From: Alphaproteobacteria bacterium
GTDB taxonomy: Bacteria; Pseudomonadota; Alphaproteobacteria; UBA6615
Assembly: GCA_013003285.1 (NCBI GenBank)
Contig: JABDJY010000398.1
Coordinates: 1-32,213, forward strand
DNA length: 32,213 bases
Direction: 5' to 3'
Positions 1 to 10,381 of this stretch are shown here, piece by piece. Below the pieces are notes generated by a model. That model was given only the letters and a program-made list of their open reading frames with translations, searched no databases and was not told where the DNA came from. Within the stretch, counting starts at the first letter, position 1; every line of letters begins with the position of its first letter. The position numbers and the translations under genes were made by a program.

Positions 1-1
1 G

Positions 2-415
2 GCCGCAGTCGATCGGCTACGTGCTGCGGGTCACAAGGTGGGACTATTGCGGCCGCGGCTGTTCCGGCCCTTCCCCGCCGACACCTTCCGTCGGCTGCTG
101 GCACCAGTGCGCGGCGTCGCCGTCATCGACCAGAATCTATCGATCGGATCGGGTGGTGTTCTTCACAGCGAACTGGCGGGCGCTCTTTACGGTCAACCCG
201 GTGCGCCGATGCTTGTCAGTTTCGTCGGCGGCCTCGGCGGCCGCGACATCGGCGACGACGAGTTCGCAGAAATACTGCGTACGGTCGCCACCGCCTGCGA
301 TTCCGGCGTCCCGCCCCCGCCGCGTCTCATGTTCACCGACACCGAATTGCGCGAGGTTCGCAAGATGCAGGCGGTCGCCCATGTCGAGCGCGAGGATTTG
401 GAGGCCACGCCATGA
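2..415 (+). CDS. porA: 2-oxoacid:ferredoxin oxidoreductase (PFOR-like) alpha subunit, C-terminal part (5' truncated by window)
   Basis: Frame is open from base 2 (AAVDRLRAAGHKVGLLRPRLFRPFP...VIDQNLSIG...GGLGGRD), typical of the PFOR alpha C-terminal domain. Its stop overlaps the beta subunit start (ATGA 412-415). Confidence 0.85.
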   Translation, partial: AAVDRLRAAGHKVGLLRPRLFRPFPADTFRRLLAPVRGVAVIDQNLSIGSGGVLHSELAGALYGQPGAPMLVSFVGGLGGRDIGDDEFAEILRTVATACDSGVPPPPRLMFTDTELREVRKMQAVAHVEREDLEATP

Positions 416-1374
416 CCGACCTACACACCGACCCTCAGACAGATCGCCACATCGAACGCATGAAAGATCTGCCGTCAGCCCATCTGCTCGGCGCCGGCAC
501 CGCCATGTGCGCCGGGTGCGGCGGCCTGCAGGCGGTCAAACAGGGCTACGACATACTGGGCGAGAAGACGGTCTTCGTGAACGCCGCCGGCTGCATGACA
601 TTGGCCAGCGTCTATCCGTTCACCCCGTTCCGCGGATCATGGTTGTACACCGCCATGGCATCGGCGCCGGCGGGCGCACAGGGCGTCCGCGACGCCCTCG
701 ATATCTTGCGCGACAGCGGCCGGATGACGCCCGAAGACGATATGCAGGTGGTCGTCCTCACCGGCGACGGGTCGGCCGGCGGCATGGGCCTATCGGCCAC
801 CTCGGGGGCCATCGATCGGGGTCTCGATTTCATCTATCTGTGCTACGACAATGAGGGTTACGGCAATACCGGCCATCAGGCGTCATCAGCGACGCCGCAC
901 GGCGCCCATACCGCGACCACGGCGGTGGGTGATGGCCTCCACGGCTACAAAAAAGACATCTTCGCGATCTGGGCGGCCAATAAGCCAACCTATGCCGCCA
1001 CGGTTATCGGCGCCGAACCGCTCGATCTGGCGAAAAAGTTTGAGAAGGCACGCGACCTAAAGGGCCCCCGTTTGATCAACGCGCTGGCGCCATGCCCGCC
1101 CGGTTGGGGGTTCGACCCCGAGCACACGGTGGAGATCGGCCGGCTCGCCGTGCGCACCGGCGTGTGGCCGCTCAAGGAGTATGTCGACGGTAGGGTCATC
1201 CATACGCGTCGACCCCATCCACACCTGCCGGTCGAAGAATTCTTGAAGCTGCAGGACCGCTTCGCCCATTTGTTCGAGCCCAAGCGCAACGACAAGGTAC
1301 TCGCTGAAATACAGGCGAGGGTCGATGCCTATTGGGACCGCGCGGAAGCCGCGGGCGAGTTTGAAACAAAATGA
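412..1374 (+). CDS. porB: 2-oxoacid:ferredoxin oxidoreductase beta subunit (TPP-binding)
   Basis: CAGCG and NAAGC Fe-S cysteines, GDG...[13 protein letters not shown]-binding motif, PCPPGW. Substrate specificity cannot be determined. Confidence 0.9.
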   Translation: MTDLHTDPQTDRHIERMKDLPSAHLLGAGTAMCAGCGGLQAVKQGYDILGEKTVFVNAAGCMTLASVYPFTPFRGSWLYTAMASAPAGAQGVRDALDILRDSGRMTPEDDMQVVVLTGDGSAGGMGLSATSGAIDRGLDFIYLCYDNEGYGNTGHQASSATPHGAHTATTAVGDGLHGYKKDIFAIWAANKPTYAATVIGAEPLDLAKKFEKARDLKGPRLINALAPCPPGWGFDPEHTVEIGRLAVRTGVWPLKEYVDGRVIHTRRPHPHLPVEEFLKLQDRFAHLFEPKRNDKVLAEIQARVDAYWDRAEAAGEFETK

Positions 1375-3089
1375 CCGGCGCAGCGCTCAGCTATTTCCAT
1401 CGGGGCGGTGACACGGCGTTGCTGGGCGGCACTATTCCCGAACATTTTGCCGATGTGTGCCGCCAGCATGGAGATGCCGAGGCAATTGTTTGCGCATTTC
1501 AAAACCGCCGCCTCACATATGCGCAGTTGGCCGAGGAGATCGATCGGGTCGCCTGTGGTCTCGTCGCGTTGGGATTCGGCAAGGGCGACCGGATCGGCGT
1601 CTGGTCGACCAACAATGTCGAATGGTTGCTCTTGCAAATGGCGACGGCGCGCATCGGCGCTGTGCTGGTTAATATCAATCCGGCCAACCGGCCGCGCGAA
1701 CTCGCCTATGCTCTGGAACGGTCGCAAGTGCAGGGGCTGTTCACGATTCCCGCATTCCGCACCAGCGAATATGTCGAGATGCTGACCGAGCTCGTCCCTG
1801 AACTAAAGAACGCCGATCCGACGGAAGACCTCTCGAGTAAGGCCCTACCCGATCTGCGGCGCGTTGTGGTCTACGATCCGGCGGCGCCGGAGCAGACCGA
1901 CCGGCCCTGGTCGGGCTTTGGTACCTGGCAAGACATGCTGGCGGCGGGCGAGCATGTGGCGGAGGAAGAGCTCGATGCGCGAACCGGTAGTCTCGACCGC
2001 GACGACCCGATAAATATCCAATACACCTCAGGAACGACCGGGTTTCCCAAGGCGGTCGTCCTGACCCACCATAATTTGCTCAACAACGCCTACTTTACGG
2101 CGCAGGCCATGCACTTCACCGCCGCCGACCGGTTGGCCGTGCCGGTGCCGTTCTATCATTGCTTCGGTATGGTCCTTGCGAATTTGGTTTCATTCTCGGT
2201 CGGTGCCTGCGTGGTTATTCCCGCGCCCCATTTCGACCCGCTGGCAACGCTCGAGGCCATCGCCGCTGAACGCTGCACGGCGGTCCACGGTGTACCCACC
2301 ATGTTCATCGCCCAACTCGAACATGCCGAGTTCGAGCGCTTCGATCTAACGAGCCTGCGGACCGGTATCATGGCGGGCGCCCCCTGCCCGGAAGCTCTGA
2401 TGAACCGGGTGATTGCGGATATGCATTGTTCGGAAATCCTGATCGGATATGGCCAGACCGAGGCCTCGCCTTTGACGCATCTGACTACCTCGGAAGATAC
2501 GCTAGAGCGCCGCACCCAGACGGTCGGCCGCAACCTGCAGCATCAGGAAGTCAAAGTGATCGACCCTGAAAGTAGCCAAACCGTTCCGCTCGGCGAGGTC
2601 GGCGAAATATGCTTTCGGGGATATCACGTCATGCGCGGCTATTACGGTGATCCGGAGAAAACTGCCGAGACGGTTGACGAAGCCGGCTGGTTGCATTCCG
2701 GCGATCTGGGCACGATGGACGCCGAAGGCTATGTGCAAATCACCGGCCGGCTGAAGGATATGATCATCCGCGGCGGCGAAAACATCTATCCGGCGGAAAT
2801 CGAAGCCTACCTGTTCACCCATCCGAAGATCGCTCAAGTGTGCGTTTTCGGCGTCCCCGACGAATTCTTCGGCGAAGAGATTATGGCCTGGATCGAGCTC
2901 CATGGCGGCGAACACGCCAGCGAAGATGAGATTCGCGCATTCTGCAAAGACGGGCTCGCCCATTTCAAGACACCGCGTTACATCTGGTTCGTCGACGAAT
3001 TTCCCATGACCGTCACCGGCAAGCTGCAAAAGTTTCGGATGCGGGAAATCGCCGAGGCGCGCATGGGCAAAGACGCGGCCAGCGCATAG
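1371..3089 (+). CDS. AMP-binding acyl-CoA synthetase / fatty-acid-CoA ligase
   Basis: [36 protein letters not shown] and TGKLQK adenylate-forming motifs. ATGA overlap with porB. Confidence 0.92.
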   Translation: MTGAALSYFHRGGDTALLGGTIPEHFADVCRQHGDAEAIVCAFQNRRLTYAQLAEEIDRVACGLVALGFGKGDRIGVWSTNNVEWLLLQMATARIGAVLVNINPANRPRELAYALERSQVQGLFTIPAFRTSEYVEMLTELVPELKNADPTEDLSSKALPDLRRVVVYDPAAPEQTDRPWSGFGTWQDMLAAGEHVAEEELDARTGSLDRDDPINIQYTSGTTGFPKAVVLTHHNLLNNAYFTAQAMHFTAADRLAVPVPFYHCFGMVLANLVSFSVGACVVIPAPHFDPLATLEAIAAERCTAVHGVPTMFIAQLEHAEFERFDLTSLRTGIMAGAPCPEALMNRVIADMHCSEILIGYGQTEASPLTHLTTSEDTLERRTQTVGRNLQHQEVKVIDPESSQTVPLGEVGEICFRGYHVMRGYYGDPEKTAETVDEAGWLHSGDLGTMDAEGYVQITGRLKDMIIRGGENIYPAEIEAYLFTHPKIAQVCVFGVPDEFFGEEIMAWIELHGGEHASEDEIRAFCKDGLAHFKTPRYIWFVDEFPMTVTGKLQKFRMREIAEARMGKDAASA

Positions 3090-3129
3090 CAACAGCAGAC
3101 CACAGAATTCTAGCTGGAGATTCAATAAG

Positions 3130-4608
3130 GTGCGTACAAGTTCAACCCCTATTCTTCGATCAATAATGGCGCTTGCTGGGGTTTTGTCCGTCGCCGTGGG
3201 CGCGGCCCAAGGTGCGGAACCTGATCCGCTGCTCTCAGGCAGGTCGGACGACCCCGGGTCACAATTTGCCGCTTCGCAAACGTATAAACCCGCGAAACGC
3301 GGTCTTGAAGGGCGCGCCGCGAGCCCCCTTTTCAATGGCCGAGACCTGCCGCACGAAATATCGGTGTCGGCTGAAACGGCCCAGGCTTGCTCGAATAATG
3401 ATGCCGGGGTGGCCGGCAACCGGTTAGCACAAATTGATGCGGAATACTGGCTGGCAGCGAACGAACGAACCACCAGTGGAAGTGTATCGGACGACCCTGC
3501 CTATCGGCGCCTGAGGGACGCGTTGGCCTTCTATACAGCGCTTGTACATTCCGGGGGGTGGCAGAGCCTCCCGGCAGGACCGTCCTTAAAGCCGGGCATG
3601 ACCCATGATCAAGTCGGCGGCCTGCGCCGGCGACTTAACCTGACGAGAGATCTCCCTGCGGGCGATCAAGGGTCGACTTTATTCGACGCCGAGCTCGAGG
3701 CTGCGGTGCGTCGCTTCCAGTCCCGGAACGGCCTCGATGTAGATGGTATCGTGGGCCGGGAAACGCGGGCGATGCTCAACGTGCCGGCCGATATACGCGC
3801 CGCGGCCATTGCGCAGAGTCTGTGCCGCTATCCCGAGCTTGTGGCAAAGCAGAGTGGGACGTCGATTATTGTCAACGTTCCCGGAGCCAAACTTCGTTTC
3901 TTTCGTGACGGAGAGCTAATATTCAGCAGCCGAGTCATCGTGGGCCGCGCCGATTGGCCGACCCCGCTCATCAGCGACGCCATTTCGGCGATTGAGCTGA
4001 ACCCTTATTGGAATATCCCGCCGCGAATCGCGCGACAGGAAGTGATTCCCCGCATTATTAGGGATCCAGAGTATCTGCGGTCCCAAGGCATCCGGGTTCT
4101 TAGCCTCGGCGAGGCGAAGCCCCGCGAGCTCGATCCGGCGCAGATCGACTGGACATCGGTTGGCGGCGGCGCGCTTCCGTTTCGGTTGCGCCAGGACCCA
4201 GGGCCGCGAAATGCCATGGGGTTGGTAAAGTTCCGGCTTAATAATCCCCATCACATCTTTTTGCATGACACCTCGGCCCGGCAATTATTCGACAATGCGA
4301 AGCGAAACCTCAGCCATGGGTGTGTGCGCGTGCAAGGCGCGCTGGATCTGGCGAAATTGATCCTTGAGGCGCGCTCAGACCTCCCGCCAAACGGTCTCGA
4401 ACAGGCCCTTGAAGGCGACGCACCGGTCGTCGTCCGATTGCGCGCGCCCATACCGGTTCATCTGGTTGTGATAAGCGCCTGGGTCGATGAGGATGGCACC
4501 GTCAATTTTCGTAACGATCCGACGCGTGACACAGCGCAAAAATCCTGTATAGCCTCTATTAACACTATTGCCGGTAATAATTTATCTGGGCGACAGTGTG
4601 ATTCTTGA
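3130..4608 (+). CDS. L,D-transpeptidase (YcbB/LdtD-like) with peptidoglycan-binding domain
   Basis: Signal-like N-terminus, PG-binding motif AVRRFQSRNGLDVDGIVG, YkuD motifs NPYWNIP, LRQDPGPRNAMG and IFLHDT...SHGCVRV. Start may be ATG 3166. Confidence 0.88.
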   Translation: MRTSSTPILRSIMALAGVLSVAVGAAQGAEPDPLLSGRSDDPGSQFAASQTYKPAKRGLEGRAASPLFNGRDLPHEISVSAETAQACSNNDAGVAGNRLAQIDAEYWLAANERTTSGSVSDDPAYRRLRDALAFYTALVHSGGWQSLPAGPSLKPGMTHDQVGGLRRRLNLTRDLPAGDQGSTLFDAELEAAVRRFQSRNGLDVDGIVGRETRAMLNVPADIRAAAIAQSLCRYPELVAKQSGTSIIVNVPGAKLRFFRDGELIFSSRVIVGRADWPTPLISDAISAIELNPYWNIPPRIARQEVIPRIIRDPEYLRSQGIRVLSLGEAKPRELDPAQIDWTSVGGGALPFRLRQDPGPRNAMGLVKFRLNNPHHIFLHDTSARQLFDNAKRNLSHGCVRVQGALDLAKLILEARSDLPPNGLEQALEGDAPVVVRLRAPIPVHLVVISAWVDEDGTVNFRNDPTRDTAQKSCIASINTIAGNNLSGRQCDS

Positions 4609-4628
4609 AGGAATGATGAGAGGTTATC

Positions 4629-5213
4629 TTGAAAGAGATAAAGTCTACTATATCAAAGAGTTGTCCGGTATCGACCGTCGGTCTCGACCGGCGAAAGCTG
4701 TTGCTCGGGGGCGTTGCCGGAATATGCGCCATATCGCCGTTGCCCGCTTTGGCGGCGATTCCGAGGCACGAGGCACGTACGCTTTCGTTTCTTAACCTGC
4801 ATACGGGCGAAAAACTGACCTCGACCTATTGGGAGCGCGGCGACTACGTTGCGGAGTCTGTTGGCGCCATCAACCACCTGCTGCGCGACTTCAGATCCGG
4901 CGAAGTGAAGCCCATCGATGCCAAGCTGTTCGATGTTCTGCATTCGCTCCAGGGTGTGATGGAAAGTTCCGAACCCTTTCATGTCATTTCGGGCTATCGA
5001 TCGCCGACGACCAACAACAAGCTGATCGCTGCCGGTAGAGGCGTCGCCAAGCGCAGCCTGCATATGCGCGGTATGGCGGTTGATGTTCGACTGCCCGGCC
5101 GCGAGCTTCGCGCGGTATACCGCGCGGCGCGGGCGATGCAGGCCGGTGGTGTCGGCTATTACGAAAAATCGAACTTCGTGCATATCGATACGGGCCGGGT
5201 TCGCTACTGGTAA
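4629..5213 (+). CDS. YcbK/MepK family (DUF882, peptidase M15) protein with Tat-like signal
   Basis: RRKLL twin-arginine signal, NLHTGE, ISGYRSP, SLHMRGMAVD and FVHIDTG motifs. Located downstream of the ycbB-like gene, as is usual. Confidence 0.9.
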   Translation: MKEIKSTISKSCPVSTVGLDRRKLLLGGVAGICAISPLPALAAIPRHEARTLSFLNLHTGEKLTSTYWERGDYVAESVGAINHLLRDFRSGEVKPIDAKLFDVLHSLQGVMESSEPFHVISGYRSPTTNNKLIAAGRGVAKRSLHMRGMAVDVRLPGRELRAVYRAARAMQAGGVGYYEKSNFVHIDTGRVRYW

Positions 5214-5238
5214 CAGCACCATCGTGTCGGATACTGCT

Positions 5239-7950
5239 CTAGTTTCGCCGGTTCTGCGCCACCGTTATCATTTTAAGGATCTCGCCGACGATTAGCAGCG
5301 ACGCCGCGACCGCCGCCACCATCAGCCAATCGGCCAAGGCGACCGGTTGTAGGCCCAACACATCGTTTAGACCGGGGACGTACATGGCCGTGATGTGAAG
5401 TCCCTGCGCTGCTACGATGGCGATGATCAGGAACGGGTTGGCAGCGAAGGGAATGCGGAAAACCGAGCGGGTTTCCGAGCGCGCGTTAAGCGCGTGCATA
5501 TTCTCGAACATCACCATCAACAACAGCAGAAGATTGCGCGCGACCGGTTCGGAAAATCCCCGATCGAGGCTCCACGCATAGAACGCGAAGGCCGCACCGC
5601 CCATATAGGTGCCGGCTACCAGAACCTGGGTAATCATGCGCCGCTCGAACAGGCGTTCGTGGGGTGGACGCGGCTGCCGCTCCAATACACCGGGCTCGCC
5701 TTTCTCAAATGCGAGGGCGATGTCCTGAATTCCGTTAGTCACTAGATTGAGCCACAAGAGCTGCACGGCGAACAACGGTACCGGCAATTGGGCGATGATC
5801 GACAGCAGAAAAAGGACGATCTCGCCAAGCCCCGTCGTGATCAGCAGGTAAATCAGCTTGCGCACATTGTCATAGGCGATACGGCCTTCCTCGATGCCGG
5901 GGACAATGGTGGCGAGATTGTCGTCGGCGAGGATCAGATCGGCCGCGGCGCGTGCCGCGTCGGTGCCGCCGCGGCCCATGGCGACACCGATATCCGCCGC
6001 CGATAATGCCGGCGCGTCGTTAACCCCGTCGCCCGTCACCGCGACCACGTGGCCGGCCCGCTGCAAGGCTTCGACGATCGATAATTTTTGTACCGGCTCG
6101 ACCCGGGCGAAGATTCGCGCGGTGCTTGCAAGATGATCGAATTCAGCTGGGTTGCGGTTTGCGGCGCTCAACTCCGCACCTGTCACAACGCGATCGGTAG
6201 TGTCGGCAAGTCCCAAATCCCGCGCAATCGCCAATGCGGTCTGCGGATGATCGCCGGTAATCATGCGCACATCGATACCGGCGGCACGACACTGCGCAAT
6301 TGCGACCGGCACCTCCGGCCGCAGCGGATCGATCAAGCCAACAAGACCGATCAACTGTAAGCCCTGAAGATCGGTTTGTGTTGCCTTCAGCGCGACGTTC
6401 ATCGGCACCGTCCCGCGGGCCAGAGCGAGCACGCGGTATCCTTGCGTCGCCATGTGGTCGGCGGCGGCGAGCGCGGTATCGGCATCGATACCGTCGCACA
6501 TCGGCACGATGACCTCAGCGGCCCCTTTGACATGCGCACATGCCGAGTGGCCCTGGTCGTTGCGGGTGAACAGCGCTGCGAATTTCCGTCGTGGCTCGTA
6601 GGGAATGAGGCCGAGTTGGGGTTGCTCCGCCTGTAGAATGCGCTGTTGGAGGCCAAGTTTGGCGGCCAGCACCAGAAACGCCACATCGACGGTGTCGCCG
6701 ACATGTTCGACCGTCGCGCCGTCTATTCGAAGCGTGGCTTCGTTACATAGGGCCCCGCTCACCGCCAAATCGATCAGCAACCTCTCCTCGATATCGATCA
6801 GGTCGCGGCCTTCGGTGGTGACCCCGCCGATCGGCAGATAACCTTCGCCTCCGATGTCGATCCTGAACGTCTGCCCCGCATCGCCGAACAGCAGAACCTG
6901 CTTTACCGTCAACTCGTTGCAGGTAAGCGTCCCGGTCTTATCGCTAGCTATGACCGTACAGGCCCCCAGCCCCTCGACTGCCGGCAAGGCGCGAACGATG
7001 ACGTTGCGCCGCGCCATTCGGTTAGTCGCGACTGCGAGGGCAATCGTGATGGCGGCGGGTAATCCCTCGGGGATGGCGGCAACCGCCAACGCCACGGCGA
7101 CCAGGAATACCGTAACCAGGGGCACACCTTGGGCGAGTTGAATGGCGCCGATCAGGCCGATCGACAGAAGGGTGACAACGCCGATGATGCGGCCGAAGCG
7201 TGCCAGTCGCGTGACCAGCGGCGGCGATGCGACGCGCCGGTGCGCCAGCGCCACGGCGATCCGACCCACCTCGGTCGCCGCGCCGGTTGCGGTTACGATA
7301 CCGGTAACACGGCCGGACAGTACTGTGGTGGCGGCGTAGAGCATGTTGCTACGCTCGGCGAGCGGCGCGTCATCAGCCACCACCATATTGGCGTTCTTCT
7401 CAACCGGTACGGATTCACCGGTTAACAGAGACTCATCGACCGCGAATTCGTTATCCGCCAGCAGCCGCATATCGGCGGGGACCAGCGCCCCCGAGACCAT
7501 GCGCACGATATCGCCGGGAACCAGATCGCGGGCATCGACCTGCCGTGGCGCGCCATCACGCACCGCCACGGCGAAATTCGGCACCAACGCGTCCAGGGCG
7601 GCGGCACTGGCTTCCGCCCGATATTCCTGGTAGCTGCCGATCGCCGCGTTGACCTGTAGGACGACAAAGATGAACACGGCGTCGGTCAATTCGCCAACGG
7701 CGAGCGAAACCGCTGCGGCGACCAGCAGGAGATAGACCAGAGGGCTTTTGAATTGTCGCAGATAAATGACGAGTAGGCTCAAACGCTCGCGGCGGGGTAG
7801 CACGTTAGCGCCGAACGCAGCCCGGCGGACTTCCACATCGGCGGACTCGAGGCCCGTTTCGTTCGTTTCGAGAACGGCCAAAACCTGATCTGGAGACAGA
7901 TTATGCCACGCTCGCTCGGAAACTTGATCGGGCGACAGAGATCCCGTCAT
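5239..7950 (-). CDS. Cation-transporting P-type ATPase (type II, Ca2+-like)
   Basis: TGES, IPEGLP, DKTGTLT phosphorylation motif, KGA, MITGD and TGDGVNDAPAL. Multiple TM segments. Confidence 0.93.
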   Translation of the reverse strand: MTGSLSPDQVSERAWHNLSPDQVLAVLETNETGLESADVEVRRAAFGANVLPRRERLSLLVIYLRQFKSPLVYLLLVAAAVSLAVGELTDAVFIFVVLQVNAAIGSYQEYRAEASAAALDALVPNFAVAVRDGAPRQVDARDLVPGDIVRMVSGALVPADMRLLADNEFAVDESLLTGESVPVEKNANMVVADDAPLAERSNMLYAATTVLSGRVTGIVTATGAATEVGRIAVALAHRRVASPPLVTRLARFGRIIGVVTLLSIGLIGAIQLAQGVPLVTVFLVAVALAVAAIPEGLPAAITIALAVATNRMARRNVIVRALPAVEGLGACTVIASDKTGTLTCNELTVKQVLLFGDAGQTFRIDIGGEGYLPIGGVTTEGRDLIDIEERLLIDLAVSGALCNEATLRIDGATVEHVGDTVDVAFLVLAAKLGLQQRILQAEQPQLGLIPYEPRRKFAALFTRNDQGHSACAHVKGAAEVIVPMCDGIDADTALAAADHMATQGYRVLALARGTVPMNVALKATQTDLQGLQLIGLVGLIDPLRPEVPVAIAQCRAAGIDVRMITGDHPQTALAIARDLGLADTTDRVVTGAELSAANRNPAEFDHLASTARIFARVEPVQKLSIVEALQRAGHVVAVTGDGVNDAPALSAADIGVAMGRGGTDAARAAADLILADDNLATIVPGIEEGRIAYDNVRKLIYLLITTGLGEIVLFLLSIIAQLPVPLFAVQLLWLNLVTNGIQDIALAFEKGEPGVLERQPRPPHERLFERRMITQVLVAGTYMGGAAFAFYAWSLDRGFSEPVARNLLLLLMVMFENMHALNARSETRSVFRIPFAANPFLIIAIVAAQGLHITAMYVPGLNDVLGLQPVALADWLMVAAVAASLLIVGEILKMITVAQNRRN

Positions 7951-8080
7951 GGCAACGTCAGAGCAGAAAATGCACTGATAAGAACTAAGGGAACGATAGC
8001 GCCCAAGCGTTCGGTCATGTCAACCTTCCGATACCGCAGTTTTGAAGGCCCATGTAGAAATCAAACGGTCGCAGAGCACA

Positions 8081-8094
8081 TTGAGCCGGATCAA
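8081..8094. promoter_or_regulatory. FNR/FixK-like box between divergent P-ATPase and grdC
   Basis: TTGAG-CCGG-ATCAA, 9/10 match to TTGAT-N4-ATCAA, intergenic. Confidence 0.6.
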
Positions 8095-8218
8095 AGTGGA
8101 ACGGCTCCGATAGGTTAAAAGCCTTAATGTCCGCATGCGTTCGCGTCGGAACATTATTTCGTTCCCAGGCTTGTAGGTTGGGGCAGTAATGAAGACACGC
8201 GGCTTCTAGGGTTTTCAC

Positions 8219-9703
8219 ATGGCTAGTAACGCTTTCCTCAATCCGGTCATCAGGAACTGCTCGCAATGCTTGGTTCATGTGCCCGATCTGGCGGTTTACG
8301 GATCGAAGCCGCGGCGCGAAATTCTAAAGGATTCCAAGATCGAACGACGTTTGGTGGCGTCGCTGCGGGCGTTCGATCATGCCGTCGGTTATGCGCCGAA
8401 CCAGACCTATATTGGTAATCTCACGCCCGATCAGTTGGCCGCGATCCCGCGGCCCTGGTACGTCGCGGATGAAGGGGTAAATACCAGCCCACCGCATGTT
8501 GGCCCCTTCGGCGAAATCGTTTCGCAGGACTTGTTCTACGCAATCCTCGAGCGCGCCAACGTACTGACCCCGGCGCTGGTGGAGCTGACCGCGGAGAGCC
8601 ATGAGAAACTGAACGCCAAATTGCGCGGCCATCCAGTGCTTGCCGGCCTGGCCGGCGGCGATGTGGGATCGTCGATGTCGATCGAGGCGGAAATTGAGGC
8701 AGAAACGGCTCTACCGCTGCGCACCGGCGGAAAACTGCGCGGCGGCGTGCGCCGGGATAACCGCAGCGAAGGCCGTGAAGACGCCAATCTCGATGCCGCG
8801 ACACTGCTGGAAGGGCTTTGCGTCAAGGCGTCGGGCACAATCGCGCTGCAGTGGCTGCTGCACCGCGAGGGTATAGGCCCGGAAGAGATCGATTATGTGA
8901 TCAGCTGCGGCGAGGAGGCAGCGGGCGATCGCTATCAACGCGGCGCCGGTGGAATAGCCAAAAGCATCGGTGAGATGTGCGGCTGCGTCAACGCCTCTGG
9001 CATGGATGTGAAGAACTTCTGCGCGGGTCCCGCATCAGCGCTGGTCACGGCCGGCGCGTTGGTGAAGGCTGGCTTGTACCGAAACGTGGCGGTGGTCGCG
9101 GGCGGATCGCTGGCCAAACTCGGCATGAAATTCGAAGCCTTCCTCGAACGCGGCATGCCGGTCCTCGACGATTGCCTGGGCGCGACGGCCTTTCTGGTCA
9201 CCGCCGATGACGGCGTGAGCCCGGTACTCCGCCTGGAGCCGGGTGCGGTGGGGTTGGCGCGCATCGGTGCCAGTACGTCCGACCAAGCGGTCTACCGGGA
9301 ACTTATTCTCAAACCTCTCGAGGCGCTGGGCTTGAGAATGTCCGATGTGGATAAATACGCACCCGAACTTCATAATCCTGAGATCATGGAGCATTCCGGC
9401 TCCGGCGACGTCGTTCACAAGAACTACCGGATCATCGCGGCCCTGGCCGTCATGGACGATCAAATAACCAAAGCGGAGATGCCGTCGTTTATCGAGCGTA
9501 TCGGTATGGTCGGCTTTGCGCCGACCCAAGGCCATATCCCCTCGGCGGTGCCCTATATGGGGCATGCGCTCGAAGCGATGCGACGGGGCGAATTGCGACG
9601 CGCAATGTTTCTATGCAAGGCTAGCCTCTTCCTGAACCGCCTGACGGAACTTTATGATGGCGTGTCTTTCATGCTCGAATCGAACTCTAAATTGAAGTCT
9701 TAG
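8219..9703 (+). CDS. grdC: Glycine/sarcosine/betaine reductase component C, beta subunit
   Basis: YGSKP, YAPNQTYIGN, IDYVISCGEEAAGDRYQRGAG, AKLGM, ELHNPEI, NYRIIAAL, GFAPTQGHIPS and KASLFL..T.LYDGVSF match recalled GrdC motifs. Directly upstream of grdA. Confidence 0.9.
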   Translation: MASNAFLNPVIRNCSQCLVHVPDLAVYGSKPRREILKDSKIERRLVASLRAFDHAVGYAPNQTYIGNLTPDQLAAIPRPWYVADEGVNTSPPHVGPFGEIVSQDLFYAILERANVLTPALVELTAESHEKLNAKLRGHPVLAGLAGGDVGSSMSIEAEIEAETALPLRTGGKLRGGVRRDNRSEGREDANLDAATLLEGLCVKASGTIALQWLLHREGIGPEEIDYVISCGEEAAGDRYQRGAGGIAKSIGEMCGCVNASGMDVKNFCAGPASALVTAGALVKAGLYRNVAVVAGGSLAKLGMKFEAFLERGMPVLDDCLGATAFLVTADDGVSPVLRLEPGAVGLARIGASTSDQAVYRELILKPLEALGLRMSDVDKYAPELHNPEIMEHSGSGDVVHKNYRIIAALAVMDDQITKAEMPSFIERIGMVGFAPTQGHIPSAVPYMGHALEAMRRGELRRAMFLCKASLFLNRLTELYDGVSFMLESNSKLKS

Positions 9704-9722
9704 GTCAAAGGGAGTTACCTTC

Positions 9723-10178
9723 ATGCTGGACGCTAAAAAGGTTGCCGTCTTCGGCGAACGCGACGATGTGACGGGCGTAGCCATACGCAAATGCGTCGAA
9801 GCCGCCGGCGGCGAAGTCGTCTACGAAGCGACGTCCTGCTTCGTGTGAACGGCTGCCGGCGCCGCAGGTCTTGCGGAGCAAGAAGAGATAAAGAAGCTAG
9901 CCGACCAGTTCGGAACGGAGCAGCTTGTCGTCGTGTTCGGCCTTAACGAGCCGGCCAATTTGCGCATCATGGCGACCACGTTCAAGGACGGCGATCCCAG
10001 TTACGCCGGCGCGCTCGGCGGCATCGCGTTGGGCCTCGAAAGCTATCACATCTTCGAATTGAAGGACGAGATTCCGGCGGATGCCTGGGCCGAGGAGATG
10101 GCGTTCGAGGAACTGGAAGCCGGCGACGAGCTGATCGACGAAATCTGCCAGACCATGCGCCAGGTACGCGAAGGGTAA
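9723..10178 (+). CDS. grdA: Glycine/sarcosine/betaine reductase selenoprotein A (151 aa; Sec at UGA 9846-9848, codon 42)
   Basis: GGGAG RBS, then MLDAKKVAVFGERDD...SCFV-UGA-TAAGA... in frame with ORF 9933..10178 (GDPSYAGALGGIALGL). CFVU is the GrdA CxxU motif. Confidence 0.95.
9849..9876 (+). promoter_or_regulatory. Bacterial SECIS element of grdA
   Basis: Hairpin CCGCA-GGTCT-TGCGG (9862-9876). GCAGGTCT lies at +16..+23 after the UGA, the same sequence and spacing as the E. coli fdhF SECIS apical loop as I recall it. Confidence 0.85.
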
Positions 10179-10242
10179 GCGCGGCGTCAGCTATCGTCGG
10201 TTCCATTATCGCTCAAGCTTATCGGGTGCTTCCTGGCCTCAG

Positions 10243-10256
10243 TTGAGCGAGATCAA
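10243..10256. promoter_or_regulatory. FNR/FixK-like box upstream of the 10382 operon
   Basis: TTGAG-CGAG-ATCAA (9/10). A weaker copy, TTGAG-CCCG-CGCAA, lies at 10303-10316. Confidence 0.55.
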
Positions 10257-10381
10257 CGCTCCTCAATCGATTACATGCGATTCAATAATTACAGTTCGTT
10301 CCTTGAGCCCGCGCAACCCGGCATCCGACCCACAATGGTCTATGCATTGCGGTGAAATGCGGCTCTCCGAGGAAGCAGACT

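Noticed and set aside
21-854. 277-aa ORF and similar long shadow ORFs (e.g. 2502..3473 minus)
   Set aside because: They overlap well-supported genes in other frames and have low-information Arg/Pro/Ser-rich translations.
9846-9848. Nonsense mutation making grdA a pseudogene
   Set aside because: The UGA falls exactly at the known Sec position (CFVU), is followed by a SECIS-like hairpin, and the frame stays intact.
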